From NCBI GenBank assembly GCA_043228905.1, contig JBHGNT010000018.1, positions 10,788,001 through 10,852,000 of the forward strand: DNA of 64,000 nucleotides, given 5' to 3'. The translations under genes and the position numbers were made by a program. Positions 14,021 to 28,322 of the stretch are shown one piece after another. The DNA is from Azolla caroliniana. Taxonomy: Eukaryota > Plantae > Polypodiophyta. The stretch's first letter is position 1; each line of letters begins with the position of its first letter. A model generated the notes under the pieces. The model ran no database searches, had not been told where the DNA came from, and saw only the letters and a list, made by a program, of their open reading frames with translations.

Positions 14021-17000
14021 ATGAGTTCGAGTTCGAACGCCAAACAGATGGAGTACTTTGAGCATGAACGCAGACGAAGCTCCCGCAGCAGCACAAAAAC
14101 TCTGAGATCGACATTGGACCTTCAGAGCTACAACACACGAGCAAGTCGATCCTCGTCCAGGTATGTATCAGTTACATATTAGAAAAACTTTTTTTGTCCT
14201 TTCTGATAATTGTCTGTAACTTTGGTGCTTGTTCATCTTTCCCAAAAATTGAATAGGGCGAAGTCGTTGGAGTCCCAAACAAGGATGTCTCGAAGATCGG
14301 GGTGTAGCAGCAAGTGTGTTTCTGATTGACAAAATTTCATAGTACAGTTGATTTCTGCCTTTAGTGATGATTAGGGTTCGTGTTTCCCTTAAGTGGTTTA
14401 GGGTTTTTTATTACATATTTTAGATTACAAGTTTCTGGTTACAAATTCTAATTACAAATTTCTGATTACTGTCGCAATGTGTTGTAATTTTGCACCAATT
14501 CTCATGACATATTTTGATTATAGTTTCTAATTTTTTTAGTGGTTGATTTCTGATACATGTTGAAAAGGATAGATTACAAATTTTAGATTACTGTCTCAAA
14601 GTGTTGTAATTTTGCACCAAATTCACATTAAAAATTCTGGTTTTGCACCAATTCTAATTACTGATTTTCTATTTCAGGTGGCTCGTTCCTCCCTATCCTA
14701 GAGTGCTGAACTTCGCAAAATTTTGCGAGACAAAGGAGGACTTTCACAACATATATGGTCTGTCGCTCGATGGTATTGACCCTGATGTTCTAACAGATAG
14801 ATTGATTAGTGATGTAGACTAGATGTCAGTATATAAAGTGCCTAGAGTGAAAGGCAAGATCAAGCTCAAGCATGTACGACGACTACATGAGACTGCACTA
14901 GAAAGTACATCAAGAGATCCCGATCAACAACAAGTTGTCCATTTCATTTGCCAGAGCTTTTGCATATGAGTATTGCATAACAACGAAGGAATCTCGTGAC
15001 CCTAAAATGTACAGGGTAGCTTGGGCAATTTATGGTGAGGCATCGGTAGAAAGATGTCGGAAGATGGGGAGCTTGCAACAAAAAATGGCAAAATTTTGGA
15101 GCATGGCAGTTGATGATGCAACTGCCGACTCCCAACAAATCGGGATGTATACGCCACACTGACACATAATGAAAGCCAATGTTGATGATACATGTGAGAC
15201 ATTGATTGGCTATATGCTAAAAAATGTCCATGAAGCCTGACATTGGAGTTTTTTAAGACTGATTTAGAGAAAACAACATTGGTTGCTGCGATGGAGAGCA
15301 AACTCACTTTGGCAGTTACAACAATAAAAAATAAGATTCAGGCACCCATTGTTTTGCTAGGATTCAATGAACCTGGATCTTCTAGGTGTATCGTTGATTA
15401 CAATTTGGAAAAGCTACAAGTAAGTTAATGATTCTTTTTTCTTGTTGTTGTATCTTCCTTGGTTGTGTTGAAGGAATAATACTCCCATCAAGAACAGGTA
15501 GTTAGCTGCCTGAAGAAGCAACTACATTTTGCGGAGGGGATGGTAAGGAGCAGACAAGAATTGGACCTGCACATTCTTGCTCCAAGAAACAATATATTGA
15601 CTGTTCAAGCACGTTGCATCGCTTGTGGATTACGTGTAGAGGATAAATCTGCTACTCAATTGGTTCACCTACAACCATGCCAGCACACATACCATATCGT
15701 TTGTTTTCAATATGCCTGTCACATTGTTGCATTCTGTTTGGGGGATTGTAGTACAACTCTCCCAGATGAGTGGAGAAAACACATAGCTAAAATTGATGCT
15801 TGTGACCATAGTGTAGCTAATTAGCTCCATCTTTGCTAATTAGGTAAGCTATATAAAGTGTGAAAACTATTTAGCTATTATGGTTGTAGTGTAGTAGCTA
15901 ATTAGCTAAGTGGTAGCTAATTAGCTACTACCATACTTTAGCTGAGTAGCTAATTAGCTAAGTGGCAGCACATTAGCTACTACCATAGTTTAGTACAGTA
16001 GCTAATTAGCTAAGTGGCAGCACATTAACTACTACCATAGTTTAGTACAACAGCTAATTAGCTAAGTGGTAGCTAATTAGCTACTACCATAGTTTAGTTG
16101 AGTAACTAAGTAGCTAAGTGGTAGCTAATTAGCTACTACCATAGTTGAATACAATAGCTAATTATCTACTACCACAGTTTAGTTGAGTAACTAATTAGCT
16201 AAGTGGTAGCTAATTAGCTACTACAATACTTTAGCTCAGTAAGTAATTAGCTACTACCATAGTTTAGTACAATAGCTAATTAGCTAAGTGGTAGCTAATT
16301 AACTACTACCATACTTTAGTTGAGTAGCTAATTATCTAAGTGGTAGCTAATTAGCTACTACCATAGTTTAGTACAATAGCTAATTAGCTAAGTAGTAGCT
16401 AATTAATTACTACCATATTTCAGCTAAGTGGAAGCTAATTAGCTACTACCATAGTTTAGTACAATAGCTAGTTAGCTTAGTGGTAGCTAATTAGCTACTG
16501 TCATAGTCTAGAAGAATACATAGTTAGCTAAGATGTTGCTAATTAGCGACCATATTGTTGTAGAGTCTTGTGGATTAAGGAGGGCACATGAGGTATCTGG
16601 TGTTGATGATGCTGCAACTAATGAGGAGATAGTTGCCAACATGGCTAAAAGTAAGAGTCCTGCTATCACATCTCCTTCAGATTAGCTCCACCCTATTCTT
16701 TTGGAAGATGGTAATGAATTAGGCAATGATGTCAAAGGCCATGAAATATTGGAAAGAACATGTAAATATGAGGTTCACAACAATAGTGTTTTTGAACACT
16801 TGATGCAACATTTCTTCGAAGCCCAAAACCTTGATTCCACCCCATTGAGCCCAACTACTGATAATGTCCAAACAGTTCCCACTGTACTGGAAAAGCTAGT
16901 GCAAGACGCGGCTGACCTACAAGTTACTGCTGAGGTGATGGAAAGGTTATCGGAGGAGGACACACTTGTACAATGGGTCAAAGAAGCAAGGCTAAATGGG

Positions 17001-17800
17001 CAACCGGCTAGAAAAAGGTTGAAGAAGGGGCCAAGATCGGGGACAAGACTAGTTACTCGGTCAAGGGGCACTTGAATTGGAGAGAAATACTTAGTAGTGG
17101 GATATGATTGTTAGCGATTTTCGTAGGGTTTTATGAAGTTTTACTATGATCTATTTGGACAAGTAAAACCTCGGATTGGTTGTTGTTTGATCCACATTAT
17201 GTAATGGAACTCTATGATGTTTCTCCAATATAATTATGTTCATGTTGTTCTATGATGGAAAATATTTCATGTTCATTATGTTGTTTTGTGAGACTGTTAG
17301 TTACTTTGTGAGAGTGAATATGTTGGTGTTTTCTAATGTTGTAGAGTCTAAAGGGTTTGAATCTATTGCTCCTAAGGCCGATGGTAGTGTGGAAACTATT
17401 GATGTTGTTGCGTGTTTAGAGGGCCACATCTTGAAAGTAGATGTAGCAACTGACACAAATGATCTGGTCACACAAGTTGATCAAGCATGTTGCACAGATG
17501 ATCTGATTTTGTAGGTAGATGTAGCATGTGATACCTGTGGGCTGATATCGACCAGATCAGTATCTACATGCACTGAGCCAATGACTAAGTCGACAACACA
17601 AGAGCACCAGAATGTGAACCCCAATGAAATGCTTGAACATTATTTGGTGAAAACATTAGGTTGCCAACTAGCTACATGGTTGTGAACTCCATATCGAGCT
17701 CAGTATGTAGATCATATATGTAGAGAAGTTCCACTGACCAGCAAGAGCTTAGTTGTTTATAGGCGATTTAAAGACATTGGCAATGGGATGTTATAAATAT
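14021..17800 (+). pseudogene. Degenerate spliced gene with a RING-like zinc finger, probably a DNA-transposon accessory gene
   Basis: Donor AG|GTATGT at 14161, acceptor TTTCAG at ~14677; ORF 15540-15824 CIAC..LQPCQHTYHIVC..C..C; several stops. Confidence 0.5.
15812..16555. repeat. Minisatellite built on the palindrome TAGCTAATTAGCTA
   Basis: Many copies of TAGCTAATTAGCTA alternating with CTACCATAGTTTAG and AGTGG; a stray copy at ~13810. Confidence 0.9.
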
Positions 17801-17967
17801 ATAATTTACTACCACTTAATCAATGAAGAATTAAATTGCTTGTTTTGAGTAACTTATCTATTGTGTAATTTTAAGAGTATGTTCAAGATTGTTGATTTCA
17901 TGATACTGCTTTTTCTTAAAATTATGCAAACTATTTTAACTTGTACATGGTTCACTTGATTAAATCT

Positions 17968-20900
17968 TGTTGAGAATCAAGCTCAACTTGGTCTAGTGTG
18001 TGAACTCACCTTGAGAGTGAATAGACTCTCCAACGGTCAAGAGTCACCATTATGTCACCTCTTTGTATTCTAGCATTTAGTATGAGTCATAGAATCATAT
18101 TCTATGACACATAACTTATGAGCTTTCACATTCCCCATGCTCCATGATTCTTGTAGTTAATGAAGAGAGAGGGTGACTATATAAAGCACCCTCCTCCCAC
18201 CTTGTATTTAGTAGAGTCTTTCTTCTTTGTTAATATAATCTACCTTGTGTATACTCTGTGTCTTAGTCCTTGTCTCTCTCACTCTCTCTCTCTCTCTCTC
18301 TCACTCATACACACACAGTTCACACCTATTCCGCTACACAAGAATCATACCTGATTCTTTACATGGTATCAAAGCGATTTGGTAGCTCGATCTAGCCCAT
18401 TCGCCTCATCGTGATCGTGTGTTGTGCTCTACGCCGACGACCAAGAACCGGCTTATCGCTATCGTAGCTTCTCTACATAGCTCGCATTCAAAGAGAGAAG
18501 AAGAAGAAGAAGAAGAATCAACATAATGAATACTCAAATGGGGAGCACTCTCCCTACCGAGAAGTTGGATCGAAACAACTTCGCATCTTGGGAGTACAAG
18601 ATGCACCAATACCTTGTCGGACAAGGCTATTGGAGCTACATCAAAGGAGAGCATGAAGACCGACCCGCCGAAGTGGCTCCCTGATACGCGACATGGGAGC
18701 AAGCCGCAAGCCGCGTGATGTATTGCTTGGCGACATGTGTTCACGATCACATGCTCGGCTACATTCACGAAGCCAAGACGCCGAAGGAGGCATGGGAAAA
18801 TCTACGAAAGATTTTCACGGCGAACACAACCGCAAGAAGGACATGTCCATCACGACATACACCTTGAAGATCAAGGAGCTTTGTGACTCGCTTGGCTCGA
18901 TAAGCGTAAGTATAGATGATGATGAGATGGTGCAAATATGCCTCGACGGCCTCGCACCACGGTTCGGAGCGATGCAAACCGCCATTCAAGCAAGGGAGAA
19001 ATCTCCCTCCTTCTTTGAGCTCCAATCAATGCTATTGGTTGAAGAAAACCATGTGCGTACAAGGAGCAATGAGTAGGAAGGCCACATGCTCTACACGCAC
19101 TCGAACGGAGGAAGAGGACGAGGACGAGCGAGAGGCCGATTCGGCCAAGGACAAGGCAGACGAGGTTCGACCTACGACAACAACTCCCAATTTCAGCCGC
19201 AAATAGGAAGCCAACGAGGAACCTTCACAAGAAGGGGGAGCTTCCACTCCGGCCTGAGCCGTCAAAATGCAACCGAATGCGGATATTGCGGAAAGCTCGG
19301 CCACCACGAAGAAGAGTGCCGAAAGAAGATTCGTGAATCGGCTTCCACAAACCGACAACTCACGAATTACGCGCACAACTCCGACTGCGAAGATCGTGGC
19401 GGAATGTATGCACACAACTCTGATCGTGGCAGAATGTACGGGCACAACTCCGACTACGAAAATCCTAGCGGAATGTATGCACACAACTCCGACCGTGGCG
19501 GAATGTTCATGATGAAACATAGAGCAAACTCTATGTCGGCCTCTACCTCAACTAGTGCCTCTGGTCCAGAAGACGTATGGTTCGTCAATTCTGGTGCCTC
19601 GAACCATATGACATCGCATCAAGAATGGTTCCGGGAACTTTGAGAGCCGGACCGACCTGGCTATATCAAAACCGGAGACGACACTACGCACCCGATTCGG
19701 CACATCGGCAATGTTCCGTTCGGAAAAGAAGGTAACCAAAATTACATTAAAAATGTCTTGCATGTACCGACCATTACGAAGAATTTGGTCTTCGTCAGCC
19801 AAATTGTAGAGCAAGGGATGCAAGTTGGATTTAATCAAGGTGGTTGCTTCATCGAAAAAGAGGGCTGACTCATCGCACGCAGATGAAGAGAGCGCCAAAT
19901 GTTCATTCTGGACTCACACGAGATGAAATCGGCCATGTTCGCAAAGGGCATGAAAGCCGACTCCGACATAGAGCCATGGCACAAGCGAATCGTCCACATA
20001 AATCTCAACAAACTCAAAGCAATGAAATCGAAAGGAGTCGTCATCGGACTTCTGACATTCAAAGAGAAGGAGATTGAAGGTGTATGCGAAGCGTGCCAAT
20101 TCGGCAAGCAACACCGACACCCATTCCCGAAAGAGCAGAACGTGAGCAAAGGTCTACTCGACGTAGTGCATTCGGACGTATGGGGACTGGCGCAGACGGC
20201 TACATTCGGCGGATGCCGATATTACGTACTCTTCATCAACGACTTCTTTAAGCACACTTGGATCTACCCGATGCGGCAAAAGAGCAAAGTGTTCGGACAC
20301 TTCCAAAAAAATCAAGAATGAAGTCGAGAAAGCCACAGGCCGACCTGTTCGATGCCTTCGATCGGATGGCGGCAAGGAGTACTTCTCGGACGATTTCACG
20401 GTGTAACTCTGAAAGGAATGAATTCGGCGAGAATTCACTTGCCGACACACTCCGCAACAAAACGGAGTAGCCGAGCGAAAAAATTGGCACATCCTTGAAG
20501 TGGCATGGGTCATGATGAACGAGAAGCATATACCCAAGTCATATTGGGTCGAAGCTGCCAATACCGTTGTCTACCTAATGAACTGATGCACAACATCCGG
20601 AGTGCACGAGATCACTCCGCATGAAAAATACTTCGCAAAGAAGCCGGACTTATCGCACACTCGGATATTCGGCGCGATGGCGTACGTGCACATCCCCGAT
20701 GAGAAGCGTCAAAAGCTCAACCCGAAGTCGGAGAAATGTATCCTCGTAGGATACTCACTGGAGCAAAAGGAGTACAACTGCTACAACCCCTCAACTCGAA
20801 AATCTCGAGTAAGTCGAGATGTCATTTTTGATGAATCCGTATCCTGGTACGCACCAGAGACAATTTCGACTCTGACTCCGCTCGACCCGGAATCCGCCGA

Positions 20901-23900
20901 ACAAGACATAGAGGATGAAGATTGCCTTATGCGCATGTTCGAAGAAAGTCCGATCATGACCCAACTGAGCGGATCACAAGAGCCATTCAACGATCAAAGC
21001 ACATCACGTCTCTGCAAATGAAAAGCTCCGTCGCTCCACCCGTGAAAGGAATCCAGTCAGCCGATTTGGCTACAACGATTACATGGCATATTATCACTAT
21101 GCCTTAATGATGAAGGTGGCGACAGTACGCGAGCCGGAAACATTTTCCGAAGCAGCCAAGGATCGGCGATGGATCAAAGCCATGAACGAGGAGATGCAGG
21201 CACTACGCAAGAATGAAACATGGGATCTCGTTCCCACATCACCACACAAAAAGGCGATCAGATGCAGATGGATTTACAAAGTGAAGTACAACGCCAACGG
21301 TTCCGTCAACCGCTAAAAAGCGCGACTCGTAGCGAAAGGCTATGCCCAAACGCATGGAGTTGACTATGTGGAGACCTTTTCCCCGGTGGCTAAGATGCGA
21401 CGGTACGGACCATAATTGCGCTTGCCGCGGCAAAAGGGTGGCACCTCCATCAAATGGACGTCAAGAACGCATTTCTACAAGGCGAATTAGAAGAGGAGGT
21501 GTACATGAAACAACCACCCAGTTTCAACTCGAGCACCCATCCGAAAGTTGTATGCCGACTCAAGAAGCCACTCTACAGCCTCAAGCAAGCACCGCGTGCT
21601 TGGCATTCGAAGATAACGCAATATCTTCATCAAATTGGCTTCCGTATGTCAAAATCGGACAACTCCCGCTACATATGAAGCGATTCTGCAAGTCCGATCG
21701 TCATCATCTTATATGTGGATGACCTAGTCATTGGATGTGAGCATCTTGTCGAAATCAATAAGGTCAAATCCCTCCTTTCCAACAAGTTTGAGATGACGGA
21801 CATGAAGGAGCTCCACTACATCCTCAGCATCGAGGTAATTCGGACACTGGCCGGAACCATGATCTCTCAACGGCACTACATCCTCAACTTGTTATACAAG
21901 TTCGGAATGGCTGAGTGCAAATCCACGGCAACCCCACTCGATCGCAATCTCAAACTAGATGCGCACTCCGGCACCAAAACGTGTGAGCAGACTCAGTATC
22001 GGCAACTCATTGGGAGTCTCATCTACCTCACGATCACACGACCCGATTTGAGTTATCCGGTCGGTCTCCTTAGCCAATACATGCAAACACCGTGAGATAC
22101 TCACTTGGATTGCGCTAAGTGAGTTCTACGATATGTGAGCAGCACAATGGATTGCGGCATCCTCTATAAGACCGTGATGCCAATACGACTTGAGGGGTAC
22201 ACAAACGCCGATTGGGCCGGCTACAAAGCCGATAGAAGATCAACCTCCGGATTTGTTTTTGTCATGGCAAGACTCGAACCCATGACTTTATGCTACATGG
22301 GTCGAGCTCTTACCATTAGATTATGAATTGTATTTTGTAGGATATTATTTTCATTTATACTTTATCATAGAAAATTGATGTATATTCCATATCTCTCTGG
22401 AACATTCTAGAAGCTTCAGGATTATTCCTAAAAACACTATAAAAGGAGGCACAAGGCATTGTTTTGAACCAAATTGGTTCAACGCCAGTCTTAAGCCTCT
22501 TAGCCGCTTGTACTTATCTTTTCACATAATATATAGCTGCTGTCATCATCTCTCTCTCTCTCTCATTCTCGCTATCTCTCTCTCTCTCCTCTTCTCACTT
22601 CCTCTCTCGGGAATCTTACGCAGTCCCGTCCTCTTAGTACTAATAGTACTGCTGTTCTTAGTACTAATTCCATCTCTGTTTTAGTACTAAGGACAACAGT
22701 ACTATTAGTACTAAGAGGACGGGACTGCGTAAGATTCCCGAGACAGGAAGTGCGAAGAGGAGAGAGAGAGAGATAGCGAGAATGAGAGAGAGAGAGAGAT
22801 GATGACAGCAGCTATATATTATGTGAAAAGATAAGTACAAGCGGCTAAGAGGCTTAAGACTGGCGTTGAACCAATTTGGTTCAAAACAATGCCTTGTGCC
22901 TCCTTTTATAGTGTTTTTAGGAATAATCCTGAAGCTTCTAGAATGTTCCAGAGAGATCTGGAATATACATCAATTTTCTATGATAAAGTATAAATGAAAA
23001 TAATATCCTACAAAATACAATTCATAATCTAATGGTAAGAGCTCGACCCATGTAGCATAAAGTCATGGGTTCGAGTCTTGCCATGACAGTTTTCTCCCTT
23101 GGGAGTGGAGCAATATCCTAGAGCAGCAAAAAGCAACCAACCGTCGCTCTTTCGAGCATAGAGGCGGAATACGGGGGCGCGGCAATGCCCGCATGTGAAG
23201 CTGTATGGCTCAAAAGTATACTCAAAGATCTGGGCGTACCCATCAAGGATCCGACTTCCCTTTACCGTGACAACATGAGCATTATCTATCTGGCTCGGAA
23301 CCCGGTGTTCCACACGCGGACAAAACACATCGAAGTGCACTATCACTTCATCTAAGAGCGCGTTCTAGCTGGCGATGTCGACCTACAACACATTAGCACC
23401 AATCTTTCAACGGCCGACATCCTCACTAAATCGTTAGGAGCCAACAAGCTGTGGCAATTCATGACCGATTTCGGATTGATGATCCCTGACCTGCCAAGCT
23501 TATGGGGGAGTACTAAAGACACTACGCAATAATGCGTGGATTCCGCAAACCGCGCATACTATACAATAACGCATGGATTACGCAACCGCGCAACGAAGCT
23601 GCGAAGAGCCGATCTACCGCGCAAAGCCGCGAAGAAAGACGCAAGCCGAAGCACAGACTTCGCAACTACGAACAACGCAAGCTAGAGCATGGATTCCGCA
23701 ACTCTGCATAAATGCGAGTCGATGCGGACTCCGGAACGCGAGTGGAAGCGGATTTCGGATACCGTTTGAAACCGATCCGACTTGAGCTTGAGGGGGCGTG
23801 TTGAGAATCAAGCTCAACTTGGTCTAGTGTGTGAACTCACCTTGAGAGTGAATAGACACTCCAATGGTCAAGAGTCACCATTATGTCACCTCTTTGTATT

Positions 23901-24201
23901 CTAGCATTTAGTATGAGTTATAGAATCCTATTCTATGACACATAACTTATGAGCTTTCACATTCTCCATGCTCCATGAGTCTTGTAATTAATGAAGAGAG
24001 AGGGTGACTATATAAGGCACCCTCCTCCCACCTTGTATTGTGTTGAGTCTTTCTCCTTTGTTAATATAATTTTAACTTGCGTATTCTCTGTGTCTTACTC
24101 CTTGTCTCTCTCACTGTCACTCTCTCTCTCTCTCTGTCTCTCATACACACACACAGTTCACACCTATTCCGCTACACAAGAATCATACCCGATTCTTTAC
24201 A
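17968..24201 (+). mobile_element. Near full-length degenerate Ty1/copia, same family as 3645-7534
   Basis: LTRs 17968-18363 and 23799-24201, TSD AATCT, PBS TGGTATCA, PPT; gag with zinc knuckle CGYCGKLGHHEEEC, protease, IN, RT, RH with many stops. Confidence 0.95.
22260..23088. mobile_element. Foldback (palindromic) LTR-derived insertion
   Basis: Two 408-bp near-identical inverted arms (22260-22667, 22681-23088) with a 13-nt spacer, TG..CA ends, 5-bp TSD GTTTT interrupting the copia RNaseH. Confidence 0.92.
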
Positions 24202-24935
24202 AATCTGTATCTCAAAAAGAAGAACCCTAAACAATATTATTAAACTGTATATGAGAAAGAAGACTGTATATAAAAAAGACACACGATTTTGTTGAGAAAG
24301 AAGCACAAAAAGTAGACTGTATATCAAAGAAAAACTCCCAAACATGTCAATTAAACTATTTATTTGCAATATATGTGCTTTTTTTGTTTTACAAGAAAAC
24401 TGGTAATTGCTACTTGTAGCTACAAATTCCATGGCATACTATTGTAAATACATTCTGTTAAGAGTCTATTACTAATCAATAGACCAAATCAAGTAAAAAG
24501 GAAGAAAATAGATTGGATAGAAGAACCCGTTCCACCCGACCACCCCCGAGCTATGATCTAGACATAGCCAACCTACCACTGACGTCCCATACCGCCGGAT
24601 ATTAGGATGACTAATACCTTGGAAGAGATAAACACGATCGTCGAGACGAAAGCCTAGCCCGCACCACCGGTGTCTACGACAGCAGCCTTCCGACGTGATG
24701 ATCCTTATGAGGGTAGCTAAGCCTCATATTTATACCTTTTCCTAGGCCCCTTGAATAGATGTGCCTTTCTAAAAGGCTCTCTATTCATTGGTTGTCTAAA
24801 TCATGATAGTGCATGCACATATCATTCATTCTATCCAATCATTAGTCCCCTTTTAATAATAGTGAACATACCCTTCACTAATGTAAATATTAGTGACCTA
24901 CCCTCACCAACGTTATGTGTACATAACATACTCCC

Positions 24936-27900
24936 CTACTTCAAAAGATTGCACTCTTGCAATATAAAGTGAGGAAATTGTGCCTTAAGCGAATGCTCGC
25001 GTTCCCATGTGGCATCATCAATAGGTTTATCCATCCATTTGATCTTGAATAGCCGAATCTCTTTAGAACGTAAACGTTTAGTACGAGAATCAAGAATTCG
25101 TTCAGGAACATGAGGTTTGTAAGAAAAATCCTCTAATGTTACAAGATCTTGGATTGTGATGGTGTTATCACCAGAGCCTAAAAATGGTTTTAGACGACTG
25201 ACGTGAAAAACAGGATGAATACCAACGTTACGAGGTAAGGCAAGGTGATAAGCAGATGACCCAACTCGCTTAAGGATTTCAAATGGGCCACAATATCGTG
25301 GGGCTAACTTAGCGCACTTGCCCGTAGATAATGACGTAGAATCAGTCGGGACACGCAAAAAAACTTTTTGACCAATAGTAAATGCACGAGGACGTCTATC
25401 CTGATCAACATAAAATTGAGCACGATCTTGAGCTGTCTTGACATTTTTTTTGGCAATATGCAACATTTGGTTCATGTCTTGCAAAAAATTGCGTGTACTG
25501 TCTAATGTATCACGATGAATCGTGACATCAACTGGGGCACGTGGCTGAAAACCATACATCAACATAAAAGGACTATATCCAGTGGATGTATGTTTAGAGC
25601 TATTATAGGCAAATTCTAAGATAGGAAGGTATTGCTCCCACTTAGAAGGGGTTTTTGCTACATAAGCTCGAAGCATGTCCTCAATAATTTGATTAACTCG
25701 TTCAGTTTGTCCATCAGACTGAGGATGATCTGCGGAACTCATGCTCAACGTAGTTTCTAGTTTCTTAAAGACCTGAGTCCAAAAGTCACTAGTAAACTTG
25801 GAATCTCGATCACTAACAATATCCATCGGTAATCCATAAAAACGAAATAACTCATCAACAAATTGATAAGCCAACTGTTGAGCGGTTACCGTGGTTTTTG
25901 TAGGAATAAATCTAGCTAATTTTGTTAGCCTGTCAACGACAACCCATATGGCATCATGACCCCTCTGTGTACGAGGTAAACTAACAATAAAATCCATCGA
26001 GATACTTTCCCATTTATTGTTGGGAATATCTAAGGGATGTAAAAGACCAGCAGCTTTAAGTCGTTCCGACTTATTAATCTGACATTGTAAGCATTGAGTT
26101 ACGTATTTATGCACGTCAGAGCGCATCTTAGGCCAGAAAAAAGTACACGAGATGAGAACGAGTGTGCGTTGTATTCCAGGATGACCAGCAGATGGTGCAT
26201 CATGACATTCATGAAAAATTTTCTGTTTAACATTTGGTAAATCTGGAACACAGACCTTTCCACTACGGTAGAGCAAACCGTTTGTAATGTGAAAGGTCGC
26301 CTTCGAGGGTAGGGTGCTAGTATCGGCATCTAAACCAGATTCGGCTTTCGTCCAGTATTTTGAGAAATAACTGTCATCAAGGTATTTGCCTCGAAGGTGA
26401 TCTAAAAGATCAGATTTTATTTCCGTGAAGCTAAGCATGTTAACTTCTTTAATGCGACTAAGAGCATCAGCAACGGTGTTCATAGAACCCTTGCGATATC
26501 GTATGGAAAAATCAAAATCTTGCATAAGGTCAGCCCAACGGCCTTTACGACCAACAAGATCGGGCTGGTCACAAAAATACTTTAATGATTGATGGTCTGT
26601 TGTAACCACAAATTTATTTCCATAGAGATAGTGCCTCCATGTTTTAAGTGCGTGTATCACCGCAAACAACTCTTTCTCTTGAACCGAATACCGAGATTGA
26701 GCAGCATCAAGCTTCTTACTTTCAAAAGCGATAGGGTGACCACCTTGATAAAGAACGACACCAATAGCATAATCACTAGCATCGGTTTCAATTGAGAAAG
26801 GCTTAGAAGGGTCTGGTAATAGAAGAGTGGGAGCCTGACACACATGCTCCTTGAGTGTCTCAAATGATTTGTCAAGTTGTTCATTCCATGAAATTGGTTT
26901 GACAGACTTACGTGGATGACCTTTTAAAAGGTCAGTTAATGGCGTAGTCAATTTGGAATAGTTACGAATTGATTTTCGTAAAAATCCAACAAACCCTAAG
27001 AATGATCTAAGTTCACGAATATTACGAGGAATGGGCCAAAGTTTAACCTTTTCAATACGAGAAGGTTCAATTTCAACGCCATTTTCTGTAATTAAATGAC
27101 CTAGGTACACAATAGATTTTTGGAAGAAGTCACATTTTGAATGTTTTGCATAGAAAGAGTTGTCACGCAACTTTCGCAAAACAAATCGAACATGTTGAAC
27201 ATGATCTTGCAAGGTACGGCTATATATCAAAATATCATCCAAGAAGACGACAACAAAATCACCGAGTTGATCTCGGAAAACATCATTCATCGCTTGTTGG
27301 AATGTGGCTGGAGCATTAGTCAACCCAAACGGCATGACTAAAAACTCATAATGGCCATAGCGCGTACGAAAAGCGGTTTTAGGAATATCATCCTCGGCGA
27401 TGCGAATCTGATGATAACCAGTTCGTAAGTCAATTTTCGTAAAATATCGAGCCCCGTGCAAACGATCAATCAAATCATCGGCACGAGGTAATGGATATGC
27501 ATTCTTAATTGTCATTTTATTCAAACGGCGATAATTGATACACATTCGCCACGAACCTTCCTTCTTCTTGACTAATAGAACTGGCGCACCCCAAGGTGAT
27601 TTACTATACCTAATGTGGCCCATACTCAAGTATTCCTTAAGTTGTTTAGCGATCTCATCCTCTTCTAATCGACTAAGTCGGTAAGGTGGAATGCTCACAG
27701 GAGCAGCCCCAGGGATGAGTTCAATTTGATGGTCCACATTACGTTTAGGTGGTAAAGTAAGCGGTAATTCAGTAGGAAACACATCTTGAAAATCCTCTAA
27801 AATAGAGTCGAGTAATCGTTGCTCAAAATGTGGTAATTGTGTGGCGTCAATATTAAAATAATAAAATTGAACCGCAGGATCAATTACACACGAATAAATT

Positions 27901-28286
27901 AATGAACTAGAATACTCACTTAAAGATTTAGAAGACACAAGTGAATGAGAAGGAAGTTTGGAACATTGAATAAAATGTTTACAATTATTAAGTTCAAATG
28001 TGATTGAGTGATTAACCCAATCAATGGACAAAGAAGGGTTTTTATTAAAAAACCAAGGATATCCTAAAATGACATCTGCGGATTGTAATTTCATAACATG
28101 AAAGTCAAGCTTCTCCAAATAAGTATCTATTTGAATTGGCAGTTGACAAACAATGCCACTGATGTATTGAACGTTTCCATTTGCCATGTGAACTTGATAG
28201 ATATGATCACTTGCGTTTATGTGGAGCTCCATTTGCTGCACAAAGTGATCATTAAGAAAATTGTGAGAACTACCGGAATCAAACAA
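24936..28286 (-). CDS. Gypsy Pol: protease-RT-RNaseH-integrase-chromodomain
   Basis: [42 protein letters not shown]-terminal chromodomain ([15 protein letters not shown]). Confidence 0.95.
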   Translation of the reverse strand: MFDSGSSHNFLNDHFVQQMELHINASDHIYQVHMANGNVQYISGIVCQLPIQIDTYLEKLDFHVMKLQSADVILGYPWFFNKNPSLSIDWVNHSITFELNNCKHFIQCSKLPSHSLVSSKSLSEYSSSLIYSCVIDPAVQFYYFNIDATQLPHFEQRLLDSILEDFQDVFPTELPLTLPPKRNVDHQIELIPGAAPVSIPPYRLSRLEEDEIAKQLKEYLSMGHIRYSKSPWGAPVLLVKKKEGSWRMCINYRRLNKMTIKNAYPLPRADDLIDRLHGARYFTKIDLRTGYHQIRIAEDDIPKTAFRTRYGHYEFLVMPFGLTNAPATFQQAMNDVFRDQLGDFVVVFLDDILIYSRTLQDHVQHVRFVLRKLRDNSFYAKHSKCDFFQKSIVYLGHLITENGVEIEPSRIEKVKLWPIPRNIRELRSFLGFVGFLRKSIRNYSKLTTPLTDLLKGHPRKSVKPISWNEQLDKSFETLKEHVCQAPTLLLPDPSKPFSIETDASDYAIGVVLYQGGHPIAFESKKLDAAQSRYSVQEKELFAVIHALKTWRHYLYGNKFVVTTDHQSLKYFCDQPDLVGRKGRWADLMQDFDFSIRYRKGSMNTVADALSRIKEVNMLSFTEIKSDLLDHLRGKYLDDSYFSKYWTKAESGLDADTSTLPSKATFHITNGLLYRSGKVCVPDLPNVKQKIFHECHDAPSAGHPGIQRTLVLISCTFFWPKMRSDVHKYVTQCLQCQINKSERLKAAGLLHPLDIPNNKWESISMDFIVSLPRTQRGHDAIWVVVDRLTKLARFIPTKTTVTAQQLAYQFVDELFRFYGLPMDIVSDRDSKFTSDFWTQVFKKLETTLSMSSADHPQSDGQTERVNQIIEDMLRAYVAKTPSKWEQYLPILEFAYNSSKHTSTGYSPFMLMYGFQPRAPVDVTIHRDTLDSTRNFLQDMNQMLHIAKKNVKTAQDRAQFYVDQDRRPRAFTIGQKVFLRVPTDSTSLSTGKCAKLAPRYCGPFEILKRVGSSAYHLALPRNVGIHPVFHVSRLKPFLGSGDNTITIQDLVTLEDFSYKPHVPERILDSRTKRLRSKEIRLFKIKWMDKPIDDATWEREHSLKAQFPHFILQECNLLK

Positions 28287-28322
28287 GAAATGTGCTTGTG
28301 TTCCATTGATATATCCGACTGC

